From a virus (Duplodnaviria > Caudoviricetes): 64,000 nucleotides of DNA. The DNA lies in IMG/VR virus record IMGVR_UViG_2861736478_000001, positions 1-64,000 of that record. One strand, 5' to 3'. The position numbers were made by a program, and so were the translations under genes. The notes beneath the pieces are model-generated. The model was not told where the DNA came from. It ran no database searches and worked only from the letters and a program-made list of their open reading frames with translations. Shown piece by piece: positions 27,094-36,223 of this stretch (position 1 is its first letter; the number at the start of each line of letters is the position of its first letter).

Positions 27094-27903
27094 ATGAAAG
27101 CGATCAACAAAGTGACTCTCCAACTGTCCGACCTGTACGGGCCGCGCCTGCGCGCGCTCGATTCGGCCACGAAGTATCCCGCGATCCCGACCTACCACAC
27201 ACTCGACAAGTCGCGGCGCAAGTCGCCGCTGCTCGACGAGGACCCCATCTCGTTCCGCGGCACCGTCTGGGGCTACGAGAAGGTGGACGGCACTAACGGG
27301 CGAATCGTTCTGCTGCCAGAGAACTCCGGCTGGCTGATCGGCTCACGCGATGAGCTGCTGACCGCCGTCGGTGACCTGGTGGTGCGCGACGCACTCGGCA
27401 TCGTCGCGACGCTGAGCCGCATCGCCGAGCGGCTAACCAATCCCCGCCGGGACATGGTCGTCACCGCGTATCTGGAGGTTTACGGCCAGCAGGGCGAGGC
27501 CGCCGCGCAGTACGGCAACCGAAGCGTATCCAGCGCACGGCTGTTCGACGTGTCCCTCGTGCCCGTCTCAATCCTCGATCGTGACGTCGAGGCTGTGGCC
27601 CGCTGGCGGGACCACGGCGGGCAGGAATGGCTGGACGAGGGGCAGCTGGACGGCTTCGCCGAGGACCAGAGCGTGCAGCGGGCTCCGGAGCTGTTCGCCC
27701 TAGCATCCCACATGCTGCCGACCACGGTCGCCGACATGCGCGTGTTCATGGAGCGCTACGCCACCACGGCGGCGCAACTGAATGGAGCGCCTGGACGCAG
27801 CGAGGGTCTGGTGCTGTCCAGCACAGACCGGCGGACCAAGGCGAAGGTCCGTTTCGCCGACTATGACCGGACGCTGGCGCTTCGCGCTGATGCCGCCAAG
27901 TAG
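27094..27903 (+). CDS. RNA ligase (Rnl2-like nucleotidyltransferase)
   Basis: KYPAIPTYH; motif I EKVDGTN; GSR; EVYG; LFDV; EGLVL; KAK. Confidence 0.85.
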   Translation: MKAINKVTLQLSDLYGPRLRALDSATKYPAIPTYHTLDKSRRKSPLLDEDPISFRGTVWGYEKVDGTNGRIVLLPENSGWLIGSRDELLTAVGDLVVRDALGIVATLSRIAERLTNPRRDMVVTAYLEVYGQQGEAAAQYGNRSVSSARLFDVSLVPVSILDRDVEAVARWRDHGGQEWLDEGQLDGFAEDQSVQRAPELFALASHMLPTTVADMRVFMERYATTAAQLNGAPGRSEGLVLSSTDRRTKAKVRFADYDRTLALRADAAK

Positions 27904-28071
27904 GTGAAGCCCGTGCTCGCCGCGCTGTGGACCGCTGATCCGTACTTGGTGGTCATGCTCGCCGGGCTTGGCCTGATCCTCACGATCCTCGCCGCCGCAG
28001 CGCTGTGGCTCGACGTCGAGTCACAGCGCCCGCACACCGATATCGAAACCCAGGGGGACGAGTCTTCGTGA
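27904..28071 (+). CDS. 55-aa membrane protein (below ORF-track cutoff)
   Basis: GTG right after ligase stop; VKPVLAALWTADPYLVVMLAGLGLILTILAAAALWL; TGA overlaps GTG 28068. Confidence 0.55.
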   Translation: MKPVLAALWTADPYLVVMLAGLGLILTILAAAALWLDVESQRPHTDIETQGDESS

Positions 28072-28316
28072 TCAAGGACATTCTCGCCGTCATCGGCGGC
28101 TTCGTAGTCGCAGCGTGGGTGCTCTTCATCGCCGGAGCATGGCTCGACCACCGCCGTGCTCAACACCGCCGCCGCAAAGCGGACCGTCTGGCCGCGAAGG
28201 CCCAGGCCCGAGCCATCGAGTCGAGCCCAGACGGCGTGGATGACCGCGTCTGGGACCTGTACATCCGCGAGCAGGGCTTGACCAGCATCAAGGCCCCGAA
28301 GGAGTGGCGTCGGTGA
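28068..28316 (+). CDS. Small membrane protein
   Basis: TM ILAVIGGFVVAAWVLFIAGAWL; coupled. Confidence 0.6.
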   Translation: MIKDILAVIGGFVVAAWVLFIAGAWLDHRRAQHRRRKADRLAAKAQARAIESSPDGVDDRVWDLYIREQGLTSIKAPKEWRR

Positions 28317-29152
28317 TCAACGACTCCCAGCCGCTGGAACTCACACCGGACAGTCTGTTTCCTGCGGGCGGCAGAGAGGAGGACGCCGAGCGCGCTCTGC
28401 TTCTGTGCGAAGCACTCGCCCCTGGGACCGGCCAGATGATGATGGCCGTGATTGACGGCGAACCGCCCAGTAAGAGCCGCCCGCGGTTCACACGAAACGG
28501 GAAGCCATACCGAACCAAGGAAGACGTCGATGCCGAAGCGCGCACGGCGCAGCATCTTCGACGCATTTTCGACCAGCCGTGGACCGGAAATATCGCACTG
28601 GGCTGCATCTTCTTCCGGCCCAACAAGCAGCGCATCGACGTGGACAACATGATCAAGCACGTGTGCGATGCGGCCAACGGCATCGCCTGGAACGACGATT
28701 CCCAAGTCACAGCGGTGTACGGAGTGGCCGAACTCGACCAGCAGAGCCCTCGAACCGTTCTCATCTTCGCCCAGCATCGCTCGACCCTCACTCGAGGAAC
28801 CGACAACGTTCGCCCTTGCGAGTACTGCGGTACGCCCTTCGAGCTTGTCGGGCGCACGACGAAGAGGTTCTGCACCGCAGCGTGTTCGTACAAGGCCAGA
28901 GGCTATGACCTGTCCGAGCCGATCTTGTGCAAGCAGTGCGGGCAGCTATTCCGCCGGACGACGAAAGCTCAGATTCTGTGCTCACGCGAGTGCCGGGCGG
29001 ATAGTGTTCGCGGCCGAAACCGCAGCAGAGGCGGACCACCGAGCAACTGCGCGACATGCGGCAAGCCCTTGTCTCACAGGCGCGGTGGTCGGTGTCGAGA
29101 TTGCTGGCGCGCCAATCCAGCCAATATGGGAGCGGGGGAGTCTCGTGGTTGA
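28313..29152 (+). CDS. rusA: RusA-family Holliday junction resolvase fused to Cys-rich Zn-finger repeats
   Basis: GEPPSKSRPRF; DVDNMIKHVCDAANGIAWNDDSQV; CEYC..FC..AC, CKQC..LC..EC, CATC..CRDC. Confidence 0.85.
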   Translation: MINDSQPLELTPDSLFPAGGREEDAERALLLCEALAPGTGQMMMAVIDGEPPSKSRPRFTRNGKPYRTKEDVDAEARTAQHLRRIFDQPWTGNIALGCIFFRPNKQRIDVDNMIKHVCDAANGIAWNDDSQVTAVYGVAELDQQSPRTVLIFAQHRSTLTRGTDNVRPCEYCGTPFELVGRTTKRFCTAACSYKARGYDLSEPILCKQCGQLFRRTTKAQILCSRECRADSVRGRNRSRGGPPSNCATCGKPLSHRRGGRCRDCWRANPANMGAGESRG

Positions 29153-29236
29153 ACGCCCCCACGGCTACGCCAAGTCCACGCAGTACATCCGGCTTCAAAG
29201 CGAGAAGCGGCACGCCAACCGGCAGGGTGTGACTGC

Positions 29237-29662
29237 TTGATCCGGACCCTCCTAGGCGACGTCCCCGACTTCCACGCCCGCGCGGCCTGCGGCGGCAAGG
29301 CCACCGTCATGTCATCCAGGGACGACAGCGGCATCGCCCAGGCTAAGGCGATCTGCGCCCGCTGCCCGGTGCTCAACGACTGCCGGGCATGGGCTGGCGA
29401 GCTCAGAGAGGAGAAGGACCCCGAGATGGTGCTCGGCGGCCTCACTTGGCTGGAGCGCCGTCAAGGCGTGCCGTCCGGCGAGCGCAGGTGCAACACCTGC
29501 CAGCAGGTCAAGTCGTTCACCGAGTTCGGGCGCAGAAGCAAAGGCAAAGGCGGCAGGCAGTCGATCTGCCTGGATTGCAGCAGGCAGCAGTCCAAGGCCG
29601 CATACGACCGGCGCGTCCAGCAGAAACGCGACGCCCACAAGAACAGCCAGGCCACGTCATGA
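29237..29662 (+). CDS. whiB: WhiB-family regulator with C-terminal Zn finger
   Basis: AAC...AKAICARCPVLNDC...VLGGLT..ER; CNTC..K....F...ICLDC. Confidence 0.8.
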   Translation: MIRTLLGDVPDFHARAACGGKATVMSSRDDSGIAQAKAICARCPVLNDCRAWAGELREEKDPEMVLGGLTWLERRQGVPSGERRCNTCQQVKSFTEFGRRSKGKGGRQSICLDCSRQQSKAAYDRRVQQKRDAHKNSQATS

Positions 29663-29780
29663 CCTTCAAGCCTCCCCACGAGGAGGGCGCCCCGGTCGTC
29701 GTGGATGGCGAGGTCGTCGGCTACCAATACGCCTTGTTCGACATATGCCACCACGAGCCAATTGAGGAAGGGCCAAATCG

Positions 29781-30134
29781 ATGATCCCCACCGGTCGTGA
29801 GCTTTCCCTCTGCGGGCTGTGCCGCGAACCCATCCTGTGGACCGTCACCGAAGCGGGCAATCGTCTCGCCGTCGATCCCAACCCAGCCGCCACAGGGAAC
29901 ACCGCGTGCTACCGGACCGGGCCGCGCGCGTGGAAGTCCAGAGCCCTGCACGGGGTCGAGGCGTTGCCCCGACAGCCCTGGGAGGACGTGTTCATGCCGC
30001 ACGTCGCCACCTGCGCCCGCGCCAACCCCGTCCAGACCGAACTGCCCGCTGTCCTTCCGCCCAACGTGGTCCGGCTCGACCTAGCCCGCCAGCGCCGCGC
30101 CCTGAAAGGAGCCCGCCGAAATGCGACACGGTGA
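29781..30134 (+). CDS. Conserved actinophage hypothetical protein
   Basis: CGLCREPILW..T..G..LAVD..P...GN...MPHVATC. Confidence 0.7.
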   Translation: MIPTGRELSLCGLCREPILWTVTEAGNRLAVDPNPAATGNTACYRTGPRAWKSRALHGVEALPRQPWEDVFMPHVATCARANPVQTELPAVLPPNVVRLDLARQRRALKGARRNATR

Positions 30135-30930
30135 GTACGCCACCTACACCGTCCAGAAATGCCGCTGCACGGAATGCAAAGCAGCATCCGCCGCCTACGC
30201 ACGCGAACGACACCGGCTCCTGGCGTACGGCAGGTGGAAGCCGTTCGCCGACACCGAAGCCGTCCGGGCCCATGTGCTGAACCTGCGCCGGTACATCTCC
30301 TATGACGCCATCGCCCTCCTGGCGCAAGTCCCTGCACGCAGCATCGACCTGCTGGTGTACGGCGAGGCTGGCTCGCCGGGGTCAGCCCGGATGAGGACGG
30401 AGACCGCAACGCGGCTGCTCGCGGTCTCCATCGACCTTGACCAGATGCCCGACGAGATGCGGATCAGCGTGGCCGGCAGTCGCCGCCGCCTCCAGGCGCT
30501 CATGCTGCGCGGCTGGGCCATGCCGCTGGTGTCCGAACGGTGCGAGGTACCCCGTTGGCAGCTCGACAAGGTGCTCAACGTTGCGCTGATCCTGCGGGTC
30601 TTCCAGGCTCGCGCGATCCGCGACGTGACCGCCCAACTGTTTGACCAGGACCCGCCACTCACCACCCGCAGTGAACGGCATACCGCTGCCATCGTCCGCA
30701 ACCGCGCGCGACGCAACGGCTGGGTGCCCTTGGCGGCCTGGGACGACATCGACGACCCCGACGTAGAACCCGACCTCGGCACCACTGTTCCACGGGCCCA
30801 GGCCATCACTGAGGACGCAGCGTTCCTCGCCGAGCAGGGCCTAACCCCCAACCAGGTGGCCGAGCGCCTCCAGATTTCCCGCGGCTATCTACAGAAGGCC
30901 AGAGCCCGCGCCGCAGCCACCAGCGCCTGA
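30121..30930 (+). CDS. Conserved actinophage DNA-binding protein
   Basis: HGEYATY..QKCRCTEC; RRRLQALMLRGW; PLAAWDDIDDP; C-terminal HTH (NQVAERLQIS). Confidence 0.75.
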   Translation: MRHGEYATYTVQKCRCTECKAASAAYARERHRLLAYGRWKPFADTEAVRAHVLNLRRYISYDAIALLAQVPARSIDLLVYGEAGSPGSARMRTETATRLLAVSIDLDQMPDEMRISVAGSRRRLQALMLRGWAMPLVSERCEVPRWQLDKVLNVALILRVFQARAIRDVTAQLFDQDPPLTTRSERHTAAIVRNRARRNGWVPLAAWDDIDDPDVEPDLGTTVPRAQAITEDAAFLAEQGLTPNQVAERLQISRGYLQKARARAAATSA

Positions 30931-30950
30931 CGTCCACCGATCGGAGACCC

Positions 30951-31307
30951 GTGAAAGCACTCAAGGAAGCGCCCTACGACCGGCGCGGCAACCTCATGCA
31001 CTACCCGCAGGACGACTACCGGCGGGTCGAGACCGGCGAGTATGCCGTGGTGCCGCCGGACTGGAGGCCCATCACCGAGTTCACCGCGACCCTCACTATG
31101 ACAGGTCGCCGCCGTGGCCGGTCGGCCGCCTATTTCATGTGGACCGACCAGGACGGACACGAGTGGCCGATGTTCCTGGCCGACCTCGACCACCTGATCA
31201 GCTCGGCCACGATCAAGAATGGCGTCGCCACCGGCACCTGGACAGTCGGTAAGCGCGGCGCCAACTTCGGCATCCGCTATGTGTCGCAGGGCGAGGGCAG
31301 CGCGTGA
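30951..31307 (+). CDS. Conserved phage hypothetical protein
   Basis: RGRSAAYF.W..K.GANFGI motif. Confidence 0.65.
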   Translation: MKALKEAPYDRRGNLMHYPQDDYRRVETGEYAVVPPDWRPITEFTATLTMTGRRRGRSAAYFMWTDQDGHEWPMFLADLDHLISSATIKNGVATGTWTVGKRGANFGIRYVSQGEGSA

Positions 31308-31822
31308 ATCGCCGTCCCAGCTACGCCGACCGGCAGCTCAACGCGAAGCCCCGCGGCGCGCACAACAAATGCGTGGACAGCGAAGACCACGCGTGGAAGC
31401 CGCTGTCGTTCGTGTTCGAGTGCCAGCTGCTCGACGCGCATGGCCGGGTCCGGATCCGCCAGCCGAACACGACGGCCGCCCGGGTGTACTGCATCTGCCT
31501 GGGCTGCCGGTCGTGGACGTACGTCGAGACGGACTGGGTCGGCTACTACCTCGGTGGGCCCGAGCACGTCGATCCGACGCTCGACAACCCCGACGAGGTG
31601 TTCGCGGACGACGTAGCCCAGCCGGAGCAGCCGCTATGCGAGTGGTTCGTGTGGGTCGGCCAGCCGTACAACGCGTGCGACCGGTGCGGCGAACCGGCCT
31701 GGGAGCACCGCGGCCAAGAGACCCACATGAACGGCGGCCCGCCCGAGGCCGATGAGTCAGTCCGTCGCCTCTGGGCGCCAGGCATGGCAGACCACATCCG
31801 AAAGAAATGGGAGAGCACCTGA
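31304..31822 (+). CDS. Cys-rich hypothetical protein
   Basis: Coupled on both sides. Confidence 0.55.
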   Translation: MNRRPSYADRQLNAKPRGAHNKCVDSEDHAWKPLSFVFECQLLDAHGRVRIRQPNTTAARVYCICLGCRSWTYVETDWVGYYLGGPEHVDPTLDNPDEVFADDVAQPEQPLCEWFVWVGQPYNACDRCGEPAWEHRGQETHMNGGPPEADESVRRLWAPGMADHIRKKWEST

Positions 31823-32412
31823 TGCGCATTTACTACGGCACCGAGTTTCTCGACACGGGAACCACGATCGAGCTGATCTCGATAGGAATCGTCGTCGACG
31901 ACGGCCGCGAGTACTACGCCGTCAACTTCGATGCGCCGTGGCAGAAGGTCGCGCAGCACGACTGGCTGATGGAGAACGTCGTCCCGCATCTTCCGCTGGT
32001 CGACGGGATCCGGAGGGGCCCGTTCGGTGGGCAGCCGCAGTTTCAGATCGACCCGACGAACGTGGCCGTGAAGCCGCAGTGGGTGATCGCCAACGAGGTG
32101 CGCGAGTTCATCTTGTCGACGCTGGAGCCGGAGCTGTGGGCCTACTACGCGGCGTACGACCACGTCGTTCTCGCGCAGCTGTGGGGGCCGATGGTGAATC
32201 TGCCGACTGGTGTCCCGATGTTCACGTGTGACCTGAAGCAGGAGCATGTCCGGTTGGGCCGACCGCCGTTGCCGTCCCGGGATGGGGATGAGCACCACGC
32301 TCTGGCCGACGCCCGCCATAACCGGACGATGGGCACGCTGCTGGAGGGCATCGCTCGGCCGGTCGAGCTACTCGAACTCGTCGAGTTTGACCCCGAGGAG
32401 GCTGACGCGTGA
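31822..32412 (+). CDS. Rv2179c-like 3'-5' exoribonuclease (DEDD), first Asp apparently replaced by Gly
   Basis: MRIYYGTEF (expected YDTEF), IELISIGIV..DGREYYAV, WAYYAAYDHV, HHALADA. Confidence 0.85.
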   Translation: MRIYYGTEFLDTGTTIELISIGIVVDDGREYYAVNFDAPWQKVAQHDWLMENVVPHLPLVDGIRRGPFGGQPQFQIDPTNVAVKPQWVIANEVREFILSTLEPELWAYYAAYDHVVLAQLWGPMVNLPTGVPMFTCDLKQEHVRLGRPPLPSRDGDEHHALADARHNRTMGTLLEGIARPVELLELVEFDPEEADA

Positions 32413-32633
32413 AGACCTGGAAGCGCTGGCAGGTCATGGCAGAGATGAGGCTCGGGGGCCGTTTCACTGAGCCGAGCGTTGACCGGTATCTGCGGCCTCG
32501 CCGGTTCTGGACGCGGGCCGGTGCCGAGCGTGACGCGCGACGCCGTCGCGCCCAGGCGGAGCTGGAGCGGAAGCCGCACGTCGCCTACACCGTGGTGGAG
32601 GCGCCCTCAGGGAGCGGGGACAACAAGCGATGA
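32409..32633 (+). CDS. Basic hypothetical protein
   Basis: Coupled. Confidence 0.55.
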   Translation: MKTWKRWQVMAEMRLGGRFTEPSVDRYLRPRRFWTRAGAERDARRRRAQAELERKPHVAYTVVEAPSGSGDNKR

Positions 32634-32893
32634 TCACGCGATGGATTCTGGCGTTCGACCGGCTCGGCATGGTCAATGTGCTGCTGGCCGGTCTCGCCTT
32701 CGCCGCTCTTGCGGACGGCCTGATGGACGTTGTGCAGCTGGACGTCGGTGACGTGGTGAACAAGCTGATGGTCGCCGCGCTGGCGTTCTCGCTGCTCGGG
32801 ACACGTCTCGATCGGGATGCGGCGCTCGCTGCGCGCGAGAAGGGTCCCGCGTTGGAGGACGGCCGCGGCCAGCACGGCGAGGTGGCCCGGTGA
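32630..32893 (+). CDS. Small two-TM membrane protein
   Basis: Hydrophobic segments; coupled. Confidence 0.6.
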   Translation: MITRWILAFDRLGMVNVLLAGLAFAALADGLMDVVQLDVGDVVNKLMVAALAFSLLGTRLDRDAALAAREKGPALEDGRGQHGEVAR

Positions 32894-33294
32894 GCGACGA
32901 GCGGAAAGCCCCGGCGGCGGCACGGTTCCGGGTGCTCGTCACGGGGTCGCGGACGTGGCGTCAAGGTGACCTCATTGATCGCGCGTTGTCGGCGTTGCGG
33001 GTTGAGCACGGGTCGCTCGTCGTCGTGCACGGCGCTTGCCCAAGCGGCGCGGACGGCTACGCGTCGGCCTGGGTGATGCGGATGGCAGCGATCGGGCGGG
33101 ACGTTGTCGAGGAGTACTACCCGGCGAACTGGGCGAAGTTCGGCGACGCGGCGGGCCCGATCCGCAACCGGGCGATGGTCGATCTGGGCGCGGACCTCGT
33201 GCTCGCGTTCATCCGCGACGGGTCGCCGGGGGCGACTCAGTGCGCGCGCTACGCCGAGAGCAGGGGCTTGCTGGTGCGGCGGGTGCTTGCGTGA
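32890..33294 (+). CDS. SLOG-family (YspA/DUF2493-like) protein
   Basis: VLVTGSRTW; VVHGACPSGAD; AAGPIRNRAM; SPGA..C. Confidence 0.85.
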   Translation: MSDERKAPAAARFRVLVTGSRTWRQGDLIDRALSALRVEHGSLVVVHGACPSGADGYASAWVMRMAAIGRDVVEEYYPANWAKFGDAAGPIRNRAMVDLGADLVLAFIRDGSPGATQCARYAESRGLLVRRVLA

Positions 33295-33363
33295 CGGTAT
33301 GCATGATCAGTAAAGAGAGACCTTCCCTCAAGGCCCTCGGCACGTTGAGGGGGAGGGGAGCGG

Positions 33364-33783
33364 GTGAGCGCTCGACTGATGGGCGAGGTCGCCGGCTGGC
33401 TCGGTACGGCTGCCGCCGAAGGGCTGACCGCGGCCGAGCGGCTGGTGCTGCTGATCGTCGCCGAGCGGGCGAACGAGCACAGCAGGCGCATGTGGACGCA
33501 CCGTGGCGACCGGCGCGACGACGGGACGCGGATCACGCTGACCGAGCTGATCGCGGACCGGGCCGGGCTGACGCCGCGCGGCCTGAACGACGCGTTGCAG
33601 CGGCTCGCCCGGCGGGGCCTGGAGGTGCGGGTGCAGATCGCGACGGACACGCGTGGCCGACCGGTGTTCGCGCGGAAGGGTCACGCGGTCGACTACGAGC
33701 TTCCGTTCCTGCCCGCGTCAGTCGAGCTACCCCCGCGACCTGTGGATAGCGGGTCGTCAGGACCCCCGGAACGCGACCGGTAG
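33364..33783 (+). CDS. Putative replication initiator (wHTH)
   Basis: LTAAERLVLLIVAERAN...LIADRAGLT...ALQRLARRGL; ends in first iteron. Confidence 0.7.
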   Translation: MSARLMGEVAGWLGTAAAEGLTAAERLVLLIVAERANEHSRRMWTHRGDRRDDGTRITLTELIADRAGLTPRGLNDALQRLARRGLEVRVQIATDTRGRPVFARKGHAVDYELPFLPASVELPPRPVDSGSSGPPERDR

Positions 33784-33912
33784 GTCACGCCACAGCGTGA
33801 CCTAAGGGCCCGATAGGTCACGCCACAACGTGACCAAAGACGCTCTTAGGTCACGCCACAGCGTGACCCCATCCCTATAAGACCTATCCCTCTAACACCT
33901 TCTATCCCTAAC
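33781..33912. repeat. Iteron array and AT-richer repeats: probable phage replication origin
   Basis: TAGGTCACGCCACA(G/A)CGTGACC at 33781, 33814, 33847 (33-bp period), then three ATCCCT repeats. Confidence 0.75.
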
Positions 33913-33980
33913 GCGGGCCGGGGTCTCACAACCTGAGGTGGAAGGGGACAAGATCACACCCGGCGATATGTGGACAACCC

Positions 33981-33998
33981 GCAAGCAGAATCGCCAGC
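33981..33998. promoter_or_regulatory. GCAAGC-N6 family site next to origin
   Basis: CAACCC-GCAAGC AGAATC GCCAGC, same 5' context as 24981 site; upstream of ATG 34010. Confidence 0.5.
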
Positions 33999-34009
33999 AA
34001 GGAACGCCC

Positions 34010-34297
34010 ATGACCGACCCCGAGAGCCTCGACCGTCAAACCCGGGTCGCCGTCGCCGCACTCGCCCACCGCATCCGCGAACGCGACCACCAAGACGACC
34101 CCACCGACGCCGACATCTTCGCCCTCGAATACCTGCACGCACTCCGCGGCCAAGGCTGGCGACCCACCAACGCCCGCCGGCCAGAACCCTGGACCACCGA
34201 CCACCGGCCACCCGGCACCGAAACCGCACGCCGCGGCGCCGAACTCGCCCGCGACCTCCTCCGCCGACCCACCAACGACCACCAGGAGCAGGAATGA
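34010..34297 (+). CDS. Hypothetical protein
   Basis: AAGGA RBS; coupled. Confidence 0.6.
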   Translation: MTDPESLDRQTRVAVAALAHRIRERDHQDDPTDADIFALEYLHALRGQGWRPTNARRPEPWTTDHRPPGTETARRGAELARDLLRRPTNDHQEQE

Positions 34298-34689
34298 CCA
34301 CACCCACCCGCACCGACTGGCGCGGCAACCCCTACACGACCGGCACCACCGTGCTCTACGCGCGCAGAATCAGCACCAGCTGCGAAATCGCCGAAGGCGT
34401 CGTCATCGACATCTACGACGCCGTCCGCGATGCCCGCACGAACCGGTGGGCCCGCGCCGACCCCGACAACCCCAACCACCAGACGATCACCGGCCGCGAC
34501 CGCGAAACCCGCGTCATCGTCCAACCCACCGGACGCGAGAGCAAGAACTGGCGGCTGAACACCCGCCAAGCCCGTAACGAGAACTGGATCGGCGTCTATG
34601 ACGAGCACGGCTCCCCGATCTTCGAGCCGGTCGAGCATGGGCCCGTCGCCCTCACCGCTCTGGCGAACATCACCGTGATCACCCCGTGA
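34294..34689 (+). CDS. Hypothetical protein
   Basis: AGGAG RBS; ATGA overlap. Confidence 0.65.
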   Translation: MTTPTRTDWRGNPYTTGTTVLYARRISTSCEIAEGVVIDIYDAVRDARTNRWARADPDNPNHQTITGRDRETRVIVQPTGRESKNWRLNTRQARNENWIGVYDEHGSPIFEPVEHGPVALTALANITVITP

Positions 34690-34956
34690 GCCGCATCACC
34701 GTGCCCAGCGTCGCCATCGCCCGGCGCTGACCAGCACAAACAAACACGCCCCCAGCTTCACACCTCGTCGCTGCTGGGGTTGACCTTCTACGAATCATTC
34801 GCGCAATGCGCGCAAAGCTTGACACGAGACGCACGCTAGACGGTCCCAGAATCGACGCTGGGACACAAACAAGGGTCGGTTGGTATCTCTGGATACCCCC
34901 GACCCTTTCGTATGCTCAGGGACGACTACAGTGCTTTGACCCTGGTCGGACCAAGA

Positions 34957-35175
34957 TCAAGACGTCCCCTGAATCCGCTGAATCCGCCGACGAGTCGTCT
35001 CCGACCACTCCCCATACGCAGCCAACGCCACATCCCGCGCCTGAATCCCCAACTCCCCACGGCACTGAAGCACCAACTCCCGCTGCCGGCGCTCAAACCT
35101 CGCCAGCTCGGCCGACACATGCTTCAACTCCGCCAGCGCCACCCGCTGCTCATCAGACAACTCCCGCTCAGCCAC
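34957..35175 (-). CDS. Small coiled-coil/HTH-like protein
   Basis: ERELSDEQRVALAELK...RDVALAAYG..SETTRRRIQRI; divergent from collagen operon. Confidence 0.5.
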   Translation of the reverse strand: MAERELSDEQRVALAELKHVSAELARFERRQRELVLQCRGELGIQARDVALAAYGEWSETTRRRIQRIQGTS

Positions 35176-35393
35176 CCCGCAAGCGTAGACACAAAATGTC
35201 CCACGCGGAAGAGGCGTCAACCAGGGGTGCCACCCCAAGCCCCGCACCAAGAGTCAACCTACATTGACGCACGGCGACGGAAAAGCCTGCCAGACAAGGG
35301 AATGCCGCCCTACAAAGTCAGCTAGCCGCCCAGGTTCGTTGTGATCAATTCGTTCCTTATTTGAGATCACTTCGTGCTTCATTGCCTGTGTAG

Positions 35394-35418
35394 ATCACGA
35401 CACAATTTGTGTCGTGAT
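35394..35418. promoter_or_regulatory. Perfect 12-bp inverted repeat over the start of the collagen-like gene
   Basis: ATCACGACACAA-T-TTGTGTCGTGAT. Confidence 0.7.
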
Positions 35419-36163
35419 GACATTCACCAACGCCCGGCGGGCACTCGCGGCACTGGCCGCGACACTCGCACTCACGGGCACACCACTCGCCGCTCTCGCA
35501 GCGGCACAGGATGACCCGCCCGGCGGCACGCCGGGACCGGAGGTCACCGTGACCACCACGGTCACGGTGTTCGTTCCGGTCACGGGTCCGCCCGGACCCA
35601 AGGGCGACACCGGCCCCCAGGGCCCGGCGGGATCTCCCGGACCCCAGGGTCCGGCGGGTTCCCCTGGTCCGGTCGGCGCGTCCGGCAGGCCCGGCGAACC
35701 CGGCAAGGCGGGGGCGGACGGCAAGCCCGGTGCCCAAGGGCCAAAGGGCGACACCGGCCCGTCCGGCAAGCCCGGCGCGGACGGGAAGCCCGGACCTACC
35801 GGTCCGCCCGGAAGCACCGGCCCGCAAGGGCAGGCGGGGCCGCGCGGCATCGCCGGTCCGAAGGGTGACCCCGGACTCACAGGTCCGCCCGGTTCGCCCG
35901 GACCATTCAGCGTTGCTGGAAAGCCGCAAGCGGAACCGCAAGTGGCTTCCACTAGCAGGGACAAACCCCTCGCGGGTGCCGGACTCGCCAGCGCTGACAA
36001 GGGCATCCCGCCCACGGTCGGCCTGACGGTCGGTGCCGTCCTGCTGGCTCTCGCAATCGGAGTCGGACTCACGATCCGAACCCGCAAGCGGAAGCGCAAG
36101 CCGGTAAGCGCCTCCAAGCCCGCCACGTCCACGGACACGGGCGACGAGACGCAAGTCCTGTAA
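35414..36163 (+). CDS. Surface collagen-like protein (signal peptide, 36 Gly-X-Y triplets, C-terminal TM + basic tail)
   Basis: [16 protein letters not shown]; [12 protein letters not shown]...GPPGSPGPF; [28 protein letters not shown]. Confidence 0.9.
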   Translation: MMTFTNARRALAALAATLALTGTPLAALAAAQDDPPGGTPGPEVTVTTTVTVFVPVTGPPGPKGDTGPQGPAGSPGPQGPAGSPGPVGASGRPGEPGKAGADGKPGAQGPKGDTGPSGKPGADGKPGPTGPPGSTGPQGQAGPRGIAGPKGDPGLTGPPGSPGPFSVAGKPQAEPQVASTSRDKPLAGAGLASADKGIPPTVGLTVGAVLLALAIGVGLTIRTRKRKRKPVSASKPATSTDTGDETQVL

Positions 36164-36223
36164 CAACCCCCGGCGCTCCCGTACAGGGCGGGAGTGCCAC
36201 CTCAGCCCGAAAGGCGAGAGATC

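Noticed and set aside
33781-33868. Regularly spaced palindromic repeats resembling a mini CRISPR array
   Set aside because: Only three 22-bp units with 11-bp spacers, no cas genes, and located at the end of a replication initiator; iterons fit better
36084-36101. GCAAGC GGAAGC GCAAGC as an operator copy
   Set aside because: Direct rather than inverted arrangement, fully explained by the RKRKRK codons
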